This document shows, in pieces, positions 1 to 13,599 of a DNA stretch of 64,000 nucleotides. Positions within the stretch are counted from its first letter, which is position 1; each line of letters opens with the position of its first letter. This DNA comes from Felis catus (taxonomy: Eukaryota). Below the pieces are notes generated by a model. That model ran no database searches and was not told the DNA's origin. It saw nothing but the letters and a program-made list of their open reading frames with translations. Made by a program: the position numbers and the translations under genes. The stretch is from positions 8,804,001 through 8,868,000 of the forward strand of contig NC_058368.1 of the NCBI RefSeq assembly GCF_018350175.1. The letters run 5' to 3'.

Positions 1-1129
1 ATCAAAATACCTTCCCAACACATGTTCTTTTATAGTCCAGCCAGAAGATCATTTCTGGTTTCACTGTCCCTGTGGCCCCTCCTTCGGCCCATCCCTGTCC
101 TCTGAGGATGGTGGGGCAGCCCTGGGTGCTGGCCGTGCCACACTCACAGATGACTGAGTTGCCCTGACCTTGGTGCCCAGGTGCCCAGGTAGGGAGTGGG
201 CAGAAAGTAGAGATGTCAAGGATAACCAAGAGGGTTTCGATTATGTCCTTCTACAGGCCTTTTCTTACCTACTCTTCAGAAAAGGGGAGATGGAGAATTC
301 CTTTAGCCCCCTGCCCCATCACGTAAACACGTGGCAGTGGTCCCCAGTGTCCCCCAATACTGAAATCTCTAGTGCAGGTTGCCTGTTGCCTGCCATTGCT
401 GGAGTCCTTCCTTCCCTGGTTTGTCCTTTCACACAGTTTAGAGGCAACTGAACTATAGGACAGAGCTGCTGTGTGCCAGGTCAGCCAGTGGTAGAATCAC
501 CAACACTCACAACACCATCCCATCCAGACGTGAACCAAAGTGAGACATTTTTTTTTGTTTGCCAGAGTAGAAGAAAGACTCCCACCAGTTGAGAGAAAGT
601 CATGACTATTGTAGCTTTCTGATCAAACCTTTCCCAGCATTCTTTCTACACTGGGAGAGGTATATGCTGTCTCCAACAGGGTACCCCACTTCAGTACAGG
701 CAGCACATTTTATAAAGAAGCCTGTTGTTGTGGGGGATCCCCAATAATGTGGGAAAGATAGGAGAGGTTCTTGGTAAACTGATAAAGTAGGATTCTTGCT
801 GGCCAGACGGTTGTAGGCAGGCTGAAGACAGGACCAATTACTCCCCTAAAAGAGAATAACTCCGGTAAGCCTGCACTCTAAATAGAGATTTTAGAAACGG
901 AAAGGGCACGGCACCTTTTTCCTGCTTGCATGGCAGAGCTTAGAACTTTATGGAAAGCAGTCTCACTGTCCCCTGATAGGACCATTCTCTCCATACACCA
1001 AGGGAAGGGGCCCTGGGACAGTCCTTTCGTTAGTAAGTCTTGCCATTTGTGTCCTGGTAGATCTTCCATTCCGAGAGCTTAAAGACTTAAGCCCTAGAAT
1101 CTTGAAGTTTTCATTTCTCCACTCCACAG

Positions 1130-1925
1130 ATATTTACTGAGAGCTTGCTATGTGCTAGGCAGGATGGTTAGGCACAAGGGGTGGACTTGGTGGGGAGGGG
1201 GTAACAGGTTGTATAACAACCCGTTGAATTTACAGGTAACGTGTAAGATCAGAACTGAAACGGGTGGGTGTGTGGAGTGGCACATGGTGTAGTGAGGGCA
1301 TATAAAAGCAGAGCTGACCTCATGGGAGGTGAGGGAGGGACTTCTAAGGAAGTGACGATTGAGCTGAGAACTAAAGGGTCCTTTTAGTTGATGAGGAGGA
1401 AAAAGAATGAGTATCCCAAACAACAGGAGTGTCAACACAAAGCACCTGTAATGGGAGAAGGCTGGCAGAACCATAAGCATGAGGGATGGATGGAGAAGAG
1501 GCCACGAGACTCTGGAGAGAGGAGCATCATGGAGACATGACAGGTAGAGCAGGTTAAGGTGTGGTGTTCCATCCTAAGAACACTAGAGAGCAGGTTAAGC
1601 TTTTGGGGGGATGTGTAACCATCCACTTTGGGTACCCATGAAGATTGCTCTTGCAGAGGATGAGTAGAGGATGGAAAGGCCAGAGTGAATTCAGGGAGAT
1701 CACTGGTGGGGGGGCTGTTGGAGTGAGGATCCAAGAGGTGACAACATCCTGGGTAACAGTGGAAGGGAGAAGAAAGGTGACATGAGGAGATACTTGGGCG
1801 ACAGCAGTCAGTAGGACTGGGGGTAGGACTGGCTATGGGGCTGCTTAGGAGACGTGTTTAAGGAGCTTGGCTTCAGATCGCTTAGCCGGGTGGTTGATGG
1901 TACCATTTCCTGAGACTGATATAGT
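1130..1925 (-). mobile_element. Old L2 LINE fragment(s)
   Basis: atttactgagagcttgctatgtgctaggc resembles the L2 3' end in reverse, followed by purine-rich L2-like sequence. Confidence 0.5.
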
Positions 1926-2642
1926 GCATATGCCTATCCGTGACAGTCAGCATTTTAAAATCCTGTGAGTGATATTCCCAGCTATCAATATAAAAACTAG
2001 AAACTCTCTTAGTCTGTCACACCTAGAAATAGAGCACATACATGTCATATCTGTATCATGGTACTTCACTCTGAGCATGCGTTTACTGGAGCACAGAACT
2101 TTGTCATACTCTCCTGTGGAGTTACAGCCATGGGGCTCTGAGGACACAACGCCCAAGATGAGTTGACCCCAAATCCACCAGCTTCTGTGAAATTAACCCG
2201 TTGGTTGGGCAGACAGCCAGGATGGGGAGTTTATAACTCATTCCGTGTCTGTTCTCAGCCCCAGTGTATTTCCCTTAGTCAGTAGCATCATGACAGGTGA
2301 CTGTGAAGTCGCTGTTACCACAAGTGGAAAAATTAAGATCAGGAAGGTTGGCTTTGTTCTTTTCTCATTATTTTTTTTTACAGTTTACTCAGTTAATCTT
2401 GTGGGTAACATGAAGGGGCATTTGGTAAAATGCAGCATGTCTACACATGGAAGTCTAGCAAAATGTCATCTAGTTCCCTTCCGTGGTAATCTACCCAGGA
2501 AAAGAGATTACTGAAACTAATCTTTGTTCTCTGGGATCCAAAGTCTGGCGTCCGTCTACACACACAGAGCTTGAATTTAATTCTTATTTTATTTTGGCTT
2601 CCTAGTTATCAAACCAGCTACAAAGCTGAAGTCGTTGTTTAT

Positions 2643-4050
2643 TTTTTTAAGTGTTTATTTAAATTCCAGTTACTTAACATACAGTGTAATATTCGTTTCA
2701 AGTGTATAGTTTAGTCATTCAACGCCTCTATAAAACATTGCTAGCACTGTTAAATGAATTCAGTGAAGTGAGAGGGTACAAAGTCAAGGTACAGAAGTCT
2801 GTTGCGTTTCTGCACATCAACAACGAAACAGCAGAAAGAGAAATTAAGGAATCAATCCCATGTACACTTGCACCAAAAATAATAAGATACCGGGGAATAA
2901 ACCCAAACAAAGAAGTGAAAGACCTGTCCTCTGAAAACTATAAAGCACTGGTGAAAGAAATTGAAGATGAACCAAGAAATGGAAAGACCTTGTATTCTCA
3001 TGGATCAGAAGAAAACGTATTGTTAAAATGTCTATACTACCCAAAGCAACCTACACATTTAATGCCATCCCTATCAAAATAACACCAGCGTTTTTCACAG
3101 AGTGAGAAGAAAATTTGTATAGAATTTTACAAAACTAAAATTTATATGGAACCAGAAAAGACCCTGAATAGCCAAAGCAATCTTGAAAAAGCAAAGCAAA
3201 GTTGGGGGTATCATGATTTCAGACTTCGAGTTATGTTACAAAGCTGTTGTGATCAAAACAGTATGGTACTGGCACAAAAATAGACACATAGATCAATGGG
3301 ACAGAATAGAAAACCCAGAAATGAACCCACAACTATACAGTCAATTAATCTTCAACAACCCAGAAAAGAATATCCAATGGGAAAAGATCTCTTCAATAAG
3401 TGGTGTTCGGAAAACTGGACAGCAACATGCAAAAGAATGAAAATGGACCACTTTCTTAACACTACACACAAAAATAAATTCAAAACAGATGACGGACCTG
3501 GGTGCCTGGGTGGCTCAGTTGGTTAAGCGTCCGACCTTGGCTCAAGTCATGAGTTCGTGAGTTCAAGCCCCACATCGGGCTCTGCACTGACAGTGCAGAG
3601 CCTGCTTGGGCTTCTCTCTCTACCTCGCTCTCTGCCCGCCCCCCAACTCTCTCCCTCTCAAAATAAATAAACTTCAAAAAAATAATAAAAAATTTAAAAA
3701 TGGATGAAAGACCTAAATGTGAGGAAACCATTAAAATCCTAGAGAACACAGATAGTAACCTCTTTGACATCAGCCAGAGCAACTTCTTAACTAGATATGT
3801 CTCCTGAGGCAAGGGAAACAAAAGCAAAATACACTATTAGGACTTCCTCAAAATGAAAAGCTTCTGCACAGCAAAGGAAACAATCAACAAAACTAAAAGA
3901 CAGCCTATGGAATGGAAGAAGATATTTGCAAATAGCATATCTGATAAAGGGTTAGTATCCAAAATATAAAAGAACTTATAAAACTCAACACCCAAAATAT
4001 GAATAATCCAATTAAAAATGGGCAGAAGACGTGAATAGACATTTTCCCAA
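2643..4050. mobile_element. Carnivore L1 insertion with 5' inversion: ~85-nt 3' end on - strand (2643-~2725) plus ORF2 segment on + (~2726-4050)
   Basis: ORF-track peptides LLALLNEFSEVRGYKV and [21 protein letters not shown] are L1 ORF2 (frameshifted); 2643-2725 is the reverse complement of an L1 3' terminus; flanking near-repeats at 2629-2642 and 4051-4064. Confidence 0.85.
3500..3695 (+). mobile_element. Can-SINE inserted in the L1
   Basis: gggtgcctgggtggctcag head, CT-rich tract, A tail; degenerate TSD ending gacct. Confidence 0.9.
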
Positions 4051-5117
4051 AGGTGGTTGTTTATAATTATCAAAGTCAATTTTGCCTTTCCCACTGCAGA
4101 TCATTTTATTTTAAAACTGAAAAAATAATTAAGCCACCTTTGCAGGGAGTGCAAATAGGGGAAATGTTTCAGGACACATTTAGGACATACGAATGACTTG
4201 TATGGGATTATCACCTCTGAGTAGAATCTGAGTTGGTTCCATTGGTTTAGGAGTTTTGATGGGTACATTCTCAGTTCTTGTATCCATTTGAACTGAAAAA
4301 GCCAGGTCAACATTTTAGGTCTCGCTGTATATAGCTTGCTCAAGGCCATTTGTTGTCTTGCCCCCAGAAGTATTTCCTAGTGGAACTGCCATTACAAAGG
4401 GCCCCCTGCGTCGATGCACCCCCTTCTTTTTCTTATAGCAGTGACAACCTATCAATTAAGCTTATTAAAACTCTCATAGACACGGTTACATACTCAATGC
4501 CTCTGTTCTCAGTGAAATTGATCGGAGTTTTAATCATAGTTTCCTTTTACTGACAGAAAGGAGAAAACAAAGGTTCTTTTAATGATAATCTTTTTTTTTT
4601 TTTTTTTAACAAAGAGAAACTACTGGAAGGAATCATGAAGCCCAAAGTTTGTAGGGTTAGGGGTTTATAAGACCGTGGAGAGTAGCTGATGTATTAGACA
4701 AACAATGGATTTGTGAGATGCATTTGCATTGAGCCTAATCAGATATTTGGGGGTCCCTATTGGGCTGAAATAGGTTGGCTGGGAGCAGTGCCCCTGCAGA
4801 TGGTTCCACTACATTACTTTTTGAGAAATTCCTAAAGGGCTATTCATATTTGTAGTTGGTTTCAGGCTCAGTGGAACCCCAAGGGCTTTGGTTACACCTG
4901 AGCAGGTGTCCCAATACCAGTACTGCCTCCCTCTCGAGCCCTCTGCTGGGGTGATGATGTGACTGGACTCTACTGTGATAACGTACAGTATGAAGTGAGC
5001 AGGAGTGTTAAGTTAGATAGGTCTGATTCCTTCCTTCAGACAGCTTCGGGGGAAATATCCTAGAATGAGGGTACCCTTGAGAGCTTTAGGGACCTTCTTC
5101 GCACTTCCATCAGATTT

Positions 5118-5349
5118 CTTTTATACATTTTTTTAAGTTTATTTATTTATTTTGAGAGAGGGAGAGAGAGAGCATGCATAAGCGGGGTTGGGGAGAGGGG
5201 GGCAGAGAGAAGGAGAGACAGAATCCCAGGCAGTCTCCACACCATCAACAAGAGCCCGATGCGAGGCTCAAACTCACGAAAGGTGAGATTGTGACCTGAG
5301 TCGAGATCAAGAGTTGGCCGCCTAACCGACCCAGCCACTCAGGCACCCC
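5118..5349 (-). mobile_element. Can-SINE
   Basis: Reverse head ..caggcacccc, T-rich tail, TSD tccatcag. Confidence 0.9.
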
Positions 5350-5387
5350 TCCATCAGTTTTTTTTTTTTTAATTAGTTCTTTCAATC

Positions 5388-5735
5388 TTTTTTATTGTGA
5401 AATATAAATACAGTAAATGATAAAATAAAATTTAGCATTTGACCATTTTTAGGTGTACAATTCAGTTGCGTTAAGTACATTCATATGGTTGTGCAACCTT
5501 CATCACCATCGGTCACTTTTTCATTTTCCCCAGCAGAAACTCTATCCCCATTAAACACTGACTCCCCATTGCCCCTCCCCCTAGTCCCTGGCACCCACCA
5601 TTCTGCTCTCTGTCCCTGTGAATTTGACGATTCCAGGTACCTCAAAGCAGTGGAATCCCACAGTATTTATCCTTTTGTGTCCAACTCATTTCATTTAGCA
5701 TAATGCCCCCCAGGTTCATCCCTGTTGTCGCATGT
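5388..5735 (-). mobile_element. Old L1M 3' UTR fragment
   Basis: accatttttaggtgtacaattcagt.. ccctggcacccaccattctgct motifs. Confidence 0.7.
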
Positions 5736-5983
5736 GCACTTTCGGTCTTGGAGATCTGTGCGGAGTGCTGGGAAAACAGAGCTGAGTCCCAGCACCATGG
5801 GGACACCCAGCTGAGGCAAGAGTCCTCAACTCCCCTCACATTGTCTCTGGACGGACCACCTGGTTCTGAGGAAATTAAGCAATAATCTTGATTAAGTCAG
5901 GCATATGTTGGAGAATCCTTTACACACAGAAAATTTCACACTTTTGGGTGTACACTTTATATGAGTTTTGATGCCGTGATGCT

Positions 5984-6240
5984 TTTTAATTTTTTTTAAT
6001 GTTTATTTTTGAGACAGAGAGAGACAGAACACGAGCAGGGGAGGGGCAGAGAGAGAGAGGGGGAGGCATACACAGAGAGAGAGGGAGACACAGGGATAGA
6101 GGAAGACACAGAATTGGAAGCAGGCTCTAGGCTCTAAGCTGTCAGCACAGAACCCTCTGTGGGGCTCGAACTCACGAGCTAGGAAATCATGACCTGAGCT
6201 GAAGTCAGACGCTTAGCCGACTCAGCCACCTAGGCTCCCC
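5984..6240 (-). mobile_element. Can-SINE with an expanded GA-rich middle
   Basis: Reverse SINE body; TSD-like ttgatg..gtgatgctttt on both sides. Confidence 0.9.
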
Positions 6241-6309
6241 TTGATGGAGTGATGCTTTTAAGTGCTCCCAGCTCAACAATTGATAAAACCGAAAGTGTAT
6301 ATATGAGGT

Positions 6310-6490
6310 TCATAGAGATAGAAAGTAGGGACTGGGGGTGGGAGAAGAGGATAGGGAGTTAGTGTTTAATGGGGACAGAGTTTCATTCTGAGATGAGAAA
6401 GTTCTGGAGATGGATGCTGGTGGCTGCACGACAAGGTGAACACGCTTAATGGTGCTGAATTGTACACTTAAAAATGGTTTTAAGTGTATC
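6310..6490 (+). mobile_element. Old L1M 3' end fragment
   Basis: gttctggagatggatg..gaattgtacacttaaaaatggtt motif. Confidence 0.7.
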
Positions 6491-7364
6491 ATCTGTACAG
6501 CGATATCTGGTATTTGGGAATCCAGAATGGCTTTAACCAAAAAAAGAAGAGAAGTCTATTCCTTTTCACGGACTGAACTAGAGAAATCCATACATAAGAC
6601 AATCACAGGATCGCTCGAGGAAGCATGAATGATGGTAACATAACTGCACACCCCTCCTTTCTAGGGCCAGCTGGTGAGCAAAGCCAGGAAGAAGGCAAGA
6701 TAACAAGCTTGCAGTCAACCCAAACTTCCAGATCTCTTTATTATTGTTTTGATACATTGCAGTCTCTACTGATCCCTAGAGCTGCCCAGAATACTGCCCA
6801 GCCTTGCAAACTTCAATCTGGAGAATAGCAGAGTCCAAAGGCCATGACCCTTTGTTGTTCCTTTTGTGACCTGATATGACCTTGAGCAAATCTTATTTCT
6901 GTTTCCTGGATACCAAGTGGAACTATCACCTTTGAAAACTTTTGCCTTAGCCTCTCTCCCAAAACAGATACTCATGCAACCGGTAACTTCCTAATTAGTA
7001 CTGGTGGGCCTGGTGCCCTCCCTGTTAGCTATGCTCAGAATCTCAGTGAGATGTTGAGTTCTTTCCCCCCTTATCACGTAGCCAATTAGTCACCAAGACT
7101 TAGGAGGCACCCGGGGTAAGGACCACAGTTCTTGGATGACGCTGAAGGTGGGACTCAGGCTGTGTCTCCATTAGATTTTGCCCACATGGTCAATACCATG
7201 CTAAGCACACATAGCTGGGAAATCAATCCTTCCTGAATTCAATTGCATTTAAAAAACAGAGCTCCTTTAAGCACTGTGAAAGTTACAATCTTATTTTTAA
7301 TGTTACGTTTTTAAAAGTATGTTACAAATTATATAACACTTTGTAATGATTCTTTTCATATCAT

Positions 7365-8230
7365 GAATTCATTCAATGAGTATTACTGAATGCTTACAAT
7401 ATAACAGCACTATTCTAGGCTCTGGAGATCCAAAGTAGAGTTTCTGTCTTCATGACCTTGTATTGTAGCGGGAAAGACATAAACACATGTACAATATAAC
7501 GTAATTTCATATAATTATGAATGCTACAAAGACAGTAAAGCCAGGATAATGGCATAAGGAGTATCTGGGGGTATCTGGGGGTGGGTTCCTTTGATGTAAT
7601 CAGGGAAGAGGTGACTTGAATGCTGTGAAGGAGCCAGCCTTGTGAAAATGTGGAGGGAAGAACGTTCCAGCCAGAGGAAGCGTGAAATGCACAGGTCTGG
7701 AGACAGTAATGGGTTTGAGGTGTTCGAGAAACTGCAAGTAAGTGTGGCTGGGATGCCAGGAATAAGGGGGCAGATAGAAGGAAATAAAGCTCAAGCATTA
7801 GGCAGGACTCAGCTCATCTATCTGTGGTAAGTGCTGTTGGGAGGTTTTAACCTGGATCGTGACTGACCGGATTTATGTGTTTCAAAGACCACCCTGGCCT
7901 CTCTGTGGAGAATGGATTGTGGAGAGACCGGAGCAGAGGCAGGAAGGTCAGGTTAGAGACCTTGAACAGAACCCAGGTACAGGGTCTGATGGCTTGGACC
8001 AGGATGACAGTGGAGGAGGTGGCGAAAGGTGAACTTGGATATATTTTGAAGGTGGGGCAGACAGTGTGGGTGGATTCGATTTCGGAGAGGCGGTGAAGGG
8101 AAAGAGAGAAATCAGAGATGTCTCCTGGGTTCTTGGTGTGGATAGTGAGTGATCTGTGGTGCTGTTAACTGAGATGAGGAAAACCAGGGGAGGGGCCAGT
8201 GGAAAAGGTGGGATGTCCTCGCTCTCAATG
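7365..8230 (-). mobile_element. L2 LINE fragment
   Basis: attcattcaatgagtattactgaatgcttac start and typical L2 body. Confidence 0.65.
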
Positions 8231-8945
8231 TACCTATAGGACTTCCAGCTGAGTTTTGCTTTATTAAGAAAATGCATAGCATTTATGCATGGCAGAGCCA
8301 GGATTATTAATCAGGATGCCCAAAACCCGTATTTATTACCAGTCCATTAGGCTATGTTGTACTGCAACTTAACAAACCCTTCAGGGATGCTACTTGTTTT
8401 GTTTAAGTGGCTGTTTTAAGAAGACAGGAACATAAGTCTTTTTGTCAGAATTCATTAATATATTCATTATGTAGGGGAAACATTGTCATGCCATGCTTTC
8501 AAAATATGGTGTCTTTCAGATCTTTTTAAAATTGGTGCCCTGCAGAATTCAGCAGCAGAAAGCTGAGAAGAGAAGAAAAAAGTCTTTGTCTGCCTCTCTT
8601 GCTGTCAGATTTGAAATGAAATAAATGACATCCAGCTACACTGAGACAGTTCGGGGTCTTGTTTCTACAAACTCTGTAAAACTAATAACAATTGTTTGTG
8701 AACTCATGAACTTATACTCAGTTGTGGTTAAGATGTCACTCAGTCACCCACTGGGGACAGAACACTGCCAGACATGATGAAAGACTTTTTTAAAGAATAA
8801 TCACATGGTTTGTATTATCTAGAAGCATATAATCCAAAGAAGGAAAGAGTATCAACTTCCCCAAACGCTCAAAAGCACAAACACAGAGAACATATAATCA
8901 ATATATAATAACTTCTGGTGTATATGTTTCAGTTGTCTGGCATTT

Positions 8946-9146
8946 TTTTTTATTTTAGAGAGAGAGTGAATGAGTGGGAGAGAAGGGCAGAGGGAGGGGG
9001 GTAGGTAGAGAATCTTAAGCAGGCCTCACGCTCAACGTGAAGCCCAGTGCATGGCTCTATCAGGCTCTATCCTATGACCCTGGGGTCATGACCTGAGCTG
9101 AAATCAAGAGTCAGACACTCATCCAACTGAACCACCCAGGCACCCC
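8946..9146 (-). mobile_element. Can-SINE (older subtype)
   Basis: Reverse head ..ccacccaggcacccc; TSD tctggcattt. Confidence 0.85.
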
Positions 9147-9849
9147 AATTCTCTGGCATTTAAATCTGTATAGGAAAATGCTGTGTGGGAAAAAAAAAAG
9201 TCCAAGAGTCACTATTAGCTTAGCCTAGAATAGTGCCTGATGTATAGAAAGCATTCACCAATATTTGTTGAATAAATGACATGAAAAGAAGTACTACAAA
9301 GCGCCATGCAATTTGTAACATACATTTAAAAATGAAATGTTAGGAATTAAGATTGTGACCATCACAGTGCTTGGTAGACAAACACATTTTAAATGAAATT
9401 CGTTAAATTCAGGAGGGATTCCTTGTGTAGCTATACCATCAGCTTGGGTTTCTACCATCAGAAATCCACGTCAGCAGGTGGGGCTGGAAGGACTGTAACA
9501 CCTCTGTTCAGAAATATTTTCTCCAAATATGTGTACTGTGTGTCTGCAGTTCCCAGACCCGAACACTTCTGGGGAGATGACAAGCCAGTGCCTGAGACAT
9601 GGAATGAGATGTTGATCCTTGTTCACTCACCGTGAGGCAGTCCTCACCGAGGCCCATGGGGGCAGCCTCTGTCCAGGACCTACATCCAGTCAGGCTACTT
9701 GAGGCCGGTCACATGTAGCCATGGTTTGTCTTCATTCCTGTAATCCTTGGCCATCAAATAAAACCCAGCCCTCCCCCCCCTTACCTGTGACTACCTCATT
9801 CCTTCTATGAATTTGTGTTAGGTTGAGTTCTCTAGAAGCCGGGAAGACA

Positions 9850-12165
9850 TGTTCTGCCTTGCCACAGACCACTGGGCCACTAGAAACGTTATCGATGTGT
9901 TGGCCCTCTGTGTCTTTGAAGAGTTTATCACTTCCTTCTGGAGCACTTGTGTCTTCCCAAGATCTTCACTGTGCTTGCCACTTTTTGCTCATCCCGTTGG
10001 ATTAACATTATTTTGTCAATTTAGTGACCAATCCTGCGCATGTTCACATGGTCTAAGTCCTTTCAGACCTTACTATGACAGTGAGCAGAAAAATTAACAT
10101 GGCCCTGGGGCAGGGTTTCACTGAGTAATGTTGTTCATCCCGTATGGGGTTAATTGCTTCAGATCCTTCACTTTGACGGGCATGAAGACTGCCTTTACCA
10201 GCTTAAAAGCCACATGTCGCACACCAGAGTCTGTGTTCATCTGCTGTAGTAAATATGCCAGGCATATTCAGCCTCCTGTGGTTAGGTTTGGGGTGGGACA
10301 ATGTCTTTCACCAGGATCCACCTTCCCCACCCTAGGGACCAGACTAGCAAATTCAGTGGGGGAATATAATAAGGAACATTAGACCTTGCATTCTTTAAGT
10401 CTTTGAGAATGGCATTAACCTCTGTCATTCCTGCCAGGATACAATAGTGTTCATAATTTGCCATCTCACCACGGGTTAGACAGTTCCATGGACCGTCACT
10501 TTGATAGGTCTTACTCTACATGCAAAGGAGCCAATATGAGGGGTCTTTTGCTAAGGACATCCATTCTGATCATACATTCATAAATTAAGGAAATAATCGC
10601 TGAGGTCTGTGGATTCAGGGGACTCACGTCTATTTGAACCTGGGTCACAATTCTATTAATTACAGTTGACTCCCATATGATCCTGATCTAACAGGGGGTA
10701 CCCAATAGTGCTTACACCTGGACAGTGGGTATCAGTATCTACTATGGCCTTATGTCCGATGTCCCTCAGAAAATCTGGGTATTTCCCTTTTTACAAAATA
10801 CAGGTACCCAAGTCAAAGCCATAGGTGCTCATCCATTCCCGATTTCCTTTGGTTATACATATTAAGCAGTTGGATGCCCATATGTCTTACCTTTAGGGAA
10901 ACCGTGTTCTATTCCATAGATCCCCACAGATCATCTATCATACTGTCATCCCAATCTGGCCGATGGTGAAGTGCTGCTACATGGCCTTAGGCATTCTGGG
11001 ATCCTCTTATTCCCATCGACACTGGAAAGTCCTGTTTTATAACAGCATCTCCTGCTATCAACCCTGGTCTACAGCAGTGAGCCTCGACTGAGTTTCTCAG
11101 TGACACTGATATAACCCTCGTCACCTTAGTAAAAGGCCCTCCTGAGGAATACAGTCAGCTGGGTGGGTCTTCTGATCTTATATACAAGGTCCATTCTAGC
11201 GTGCCCACTTATCTAACTTTCTGTCCCTTTCTCCATGGCCTGCCATGGCAGTTTTGACGTCCCTACTTCATTCATTGTGGGCCGTCACTTTTTCCAAGCT
11301 CCTGTGAGCTGGTAGCCAATTATAACCATCCATTTCCAGGCATGTTCTCCCTTTCCTGCCATGAAAGGTTGGCCAGCTCCTTCAGTTCCTTTGGCTTTTA
11401 ACCTCTCTCCTCCCTTAGCAGGTCCAGCACTTTCTGATTGGGTCATGCCAAGATTTGACCCTAGTGACTAACGGTCTGGTTGATAAAGGAGAGAGAAGGT
11501 AGATCATGAAGAAGACAAGTGTGGTCCAATAAGGCACCTGCTTCATTTGAGAGGGAGTGGAGGCTGTACTCTTCACCAACAAAGGGGTGATAATCACTTC
11601 TGCAGGCCATAGGACTTAGAAAATGGGAGCATTTATATTTTCAAGCACTTCTACCCAGATATCTGCATCCTGAGTCTCAAGATCCGACTCCCTCCCGCTC
11701 AGAGATATGGCTATAGTGTAGAAGACTTGCCAGAGCTGAGAATCTTTCTTCTCTTAAAGGACATGCCTACTATGCTTAGACTAGGTCCTGAGCCTGGTTG
11801 ATGGATTCTTTATATTCTTTACGTTCTGCCAAGGAGGACTTCTGGTTTTCACACTTTGCTTTGGTTGATATCTGATTGCCTTGATCTGTCATTTTCTCTT
11901 CAGAGCATCCATGCTGCTCAGCATGGCTGCCCAGTTCCATAGTCCTTAAAATTCCCATTTCCCTTCATGCCGCATAAAGGACAGAGACCGCGCACAAGCC
12001 TTTGTATTGCTTTCCACAAGTACCCTATCCCAGGTCACCACCCGTGCTGTAACATTCCGTGACCATTGCTACTCTTCCACTCCGCCATTGCCAGTGGCTA
12101 GTGGATGATTCAGCTCCAGAATCCATCCTTGGAGTCTGCCTCCCAGGACTGCTTCTGGGCTACCT
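9850..12165 (-). mobile_element. Degraded ERVL-class internal sequence (gag-pol relic)
   Basis: The minus-strand peptide at 10282-10464 (YCILAGMTEVNAILKDLKNA..PPLNLLVW) resembles the ERVL RT N-terminus; 11415-11597 (LSTRPLVTRVKS) resembles ERVL gag; many stops and frameshifts. Confidence 0.7.
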
Positions 12166-12545
12166 GGCTTGCGTCAGGTTCCCCAAAGCAGAGCTGAGAC
12201 AGATACTCAGGATCACGTGATTTGTGGAGGGAGTGCTCTTCAGGAAGAACCCACTAGGGAAGCAGGGCAAGAAGAGGGAAGCAACTGAACCAGAGTGTGT
12301 TCTCAGTGAAGGCTAGTCTTGGTCTCATTCACAAAGAGCCTCTAGAACATAAATCACCCCACAGAGTCAACCTGTACAGAGGCAGAGAGCTTTCATACTC
12401 CCACATCAGTTAGGTTACTGGCTACTTCGGGGAGTAAGAGTGTTCACCTCCCATTTAGCCCTTCCCAGCCAATGGCCTTTCTCCTCTAAAGAAGGTCACA
12501 GACATAAGCTCTCACAGCAGCTGGGGGTGGACAAGGCACCGAAGC
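12166..12545 (-). mobile_element. ERVL-class LTR (probable 5' LTR of the relic; LTR33/LTR16-like)
   Basis: gtcaggttccccaaagcagagctgagacag..gtgatttgtggagggagtgctct resembles old ERVL LTR ends and abuts the internal sequence. Confidence 0.55.
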
Positions 12546-13199
12546 GTCTCCTGCAGACTCACCCCTTCGCTTTTAACACTTGCCTCTTCTCCCCTAGTGA
12601 CTCCATTCCATTTTAAACAAACTCTCCTACTGGTCAACCTTTTCCAAAGATGTTGCCTGCGTCCTTTGCTTACCCGACCCTCCCAGCTGTGCACACACCA
12701 GCTGTTCGTTGTGCTCCCACCCAGACCTCAAAGTTCACCCTGTTTTGAGATCACGTCTGCCCTCTGTTCCTCCTTGCTAGTGCCAGCTTCTCAGACGCTC
12801 TCACAACCATCCCATCCAGCCCCGTTAACTAAAGACCTGCAAGCAGGTTCCCCTCTTCTCCATCCCAGCTCCCCTTGTAACACTGGAGTTTTCCCTAGGC
12901 TGACAGTGCAACCGAGAACTAACAACCAGACCTCTAATTCCTGGACCTTCTCAACTCCACGTACCTTTACCCTTCGTCCACCCGCTCCGGGAATTACACC
13001 CTAGCTTCCGACTTAAACCAGAACTGCTCCACAACGTGAGCTCTAAGCCGTGATCGCACTCCGACAAGCCCCCTCACCTTGCCCGTTGCTCATCTCTCCC
13101 TCCTCCTGTAACTCTCCTTCGGTGAAGAGGCCCACTTGGGCCCAGTCGGCTACTGAAAGAGTAGACCCCAACCTGGCAGGAATGGCAGTGCCTGGGAAA

Positions 13200-13303
13200 T
13201 TTCAGCACTGTGGAGCCTCAGGTCCTATCCCGGACCCCTGAATCAGAACCCGCATTTCAGCAAGATACCAGGATTTATATGCGCATTAAATCTGAGAAGC
13301 ACT
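13200..13303. mobile_element. MER5-like hAT-Charlie relic
   Basis: tgaatcagaacccgcatttcagcaagat..tgagaagcact motif. Confidence 0.6.
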
Positions 13304-13599
13304 TCTGTAAACTACTCTGCTTGTGAGTTCCCTGGCTCTTTGTCCTTCTACCAGCCTCACCACGCAGAACCCCGGTCATACGTGGACACTGCAACATGGA
13401 TGCTCTTGGTTGTAAGCCTCCAGCCACAGTGGAGCTCACGGGGCTGTTGCTTATCAACCCTCTTATTTGTTTTCATCATCTCCTCCAACTTCGCTCAACA
13501 ACTATTCCGAATGCTTACCGTTTCCTTCCAGCGTGGATTCAAACCCCTAATCCTACTCTTAAACTAGTTTTGGGTCCCACGTATTAAGAGTGAAATCAC

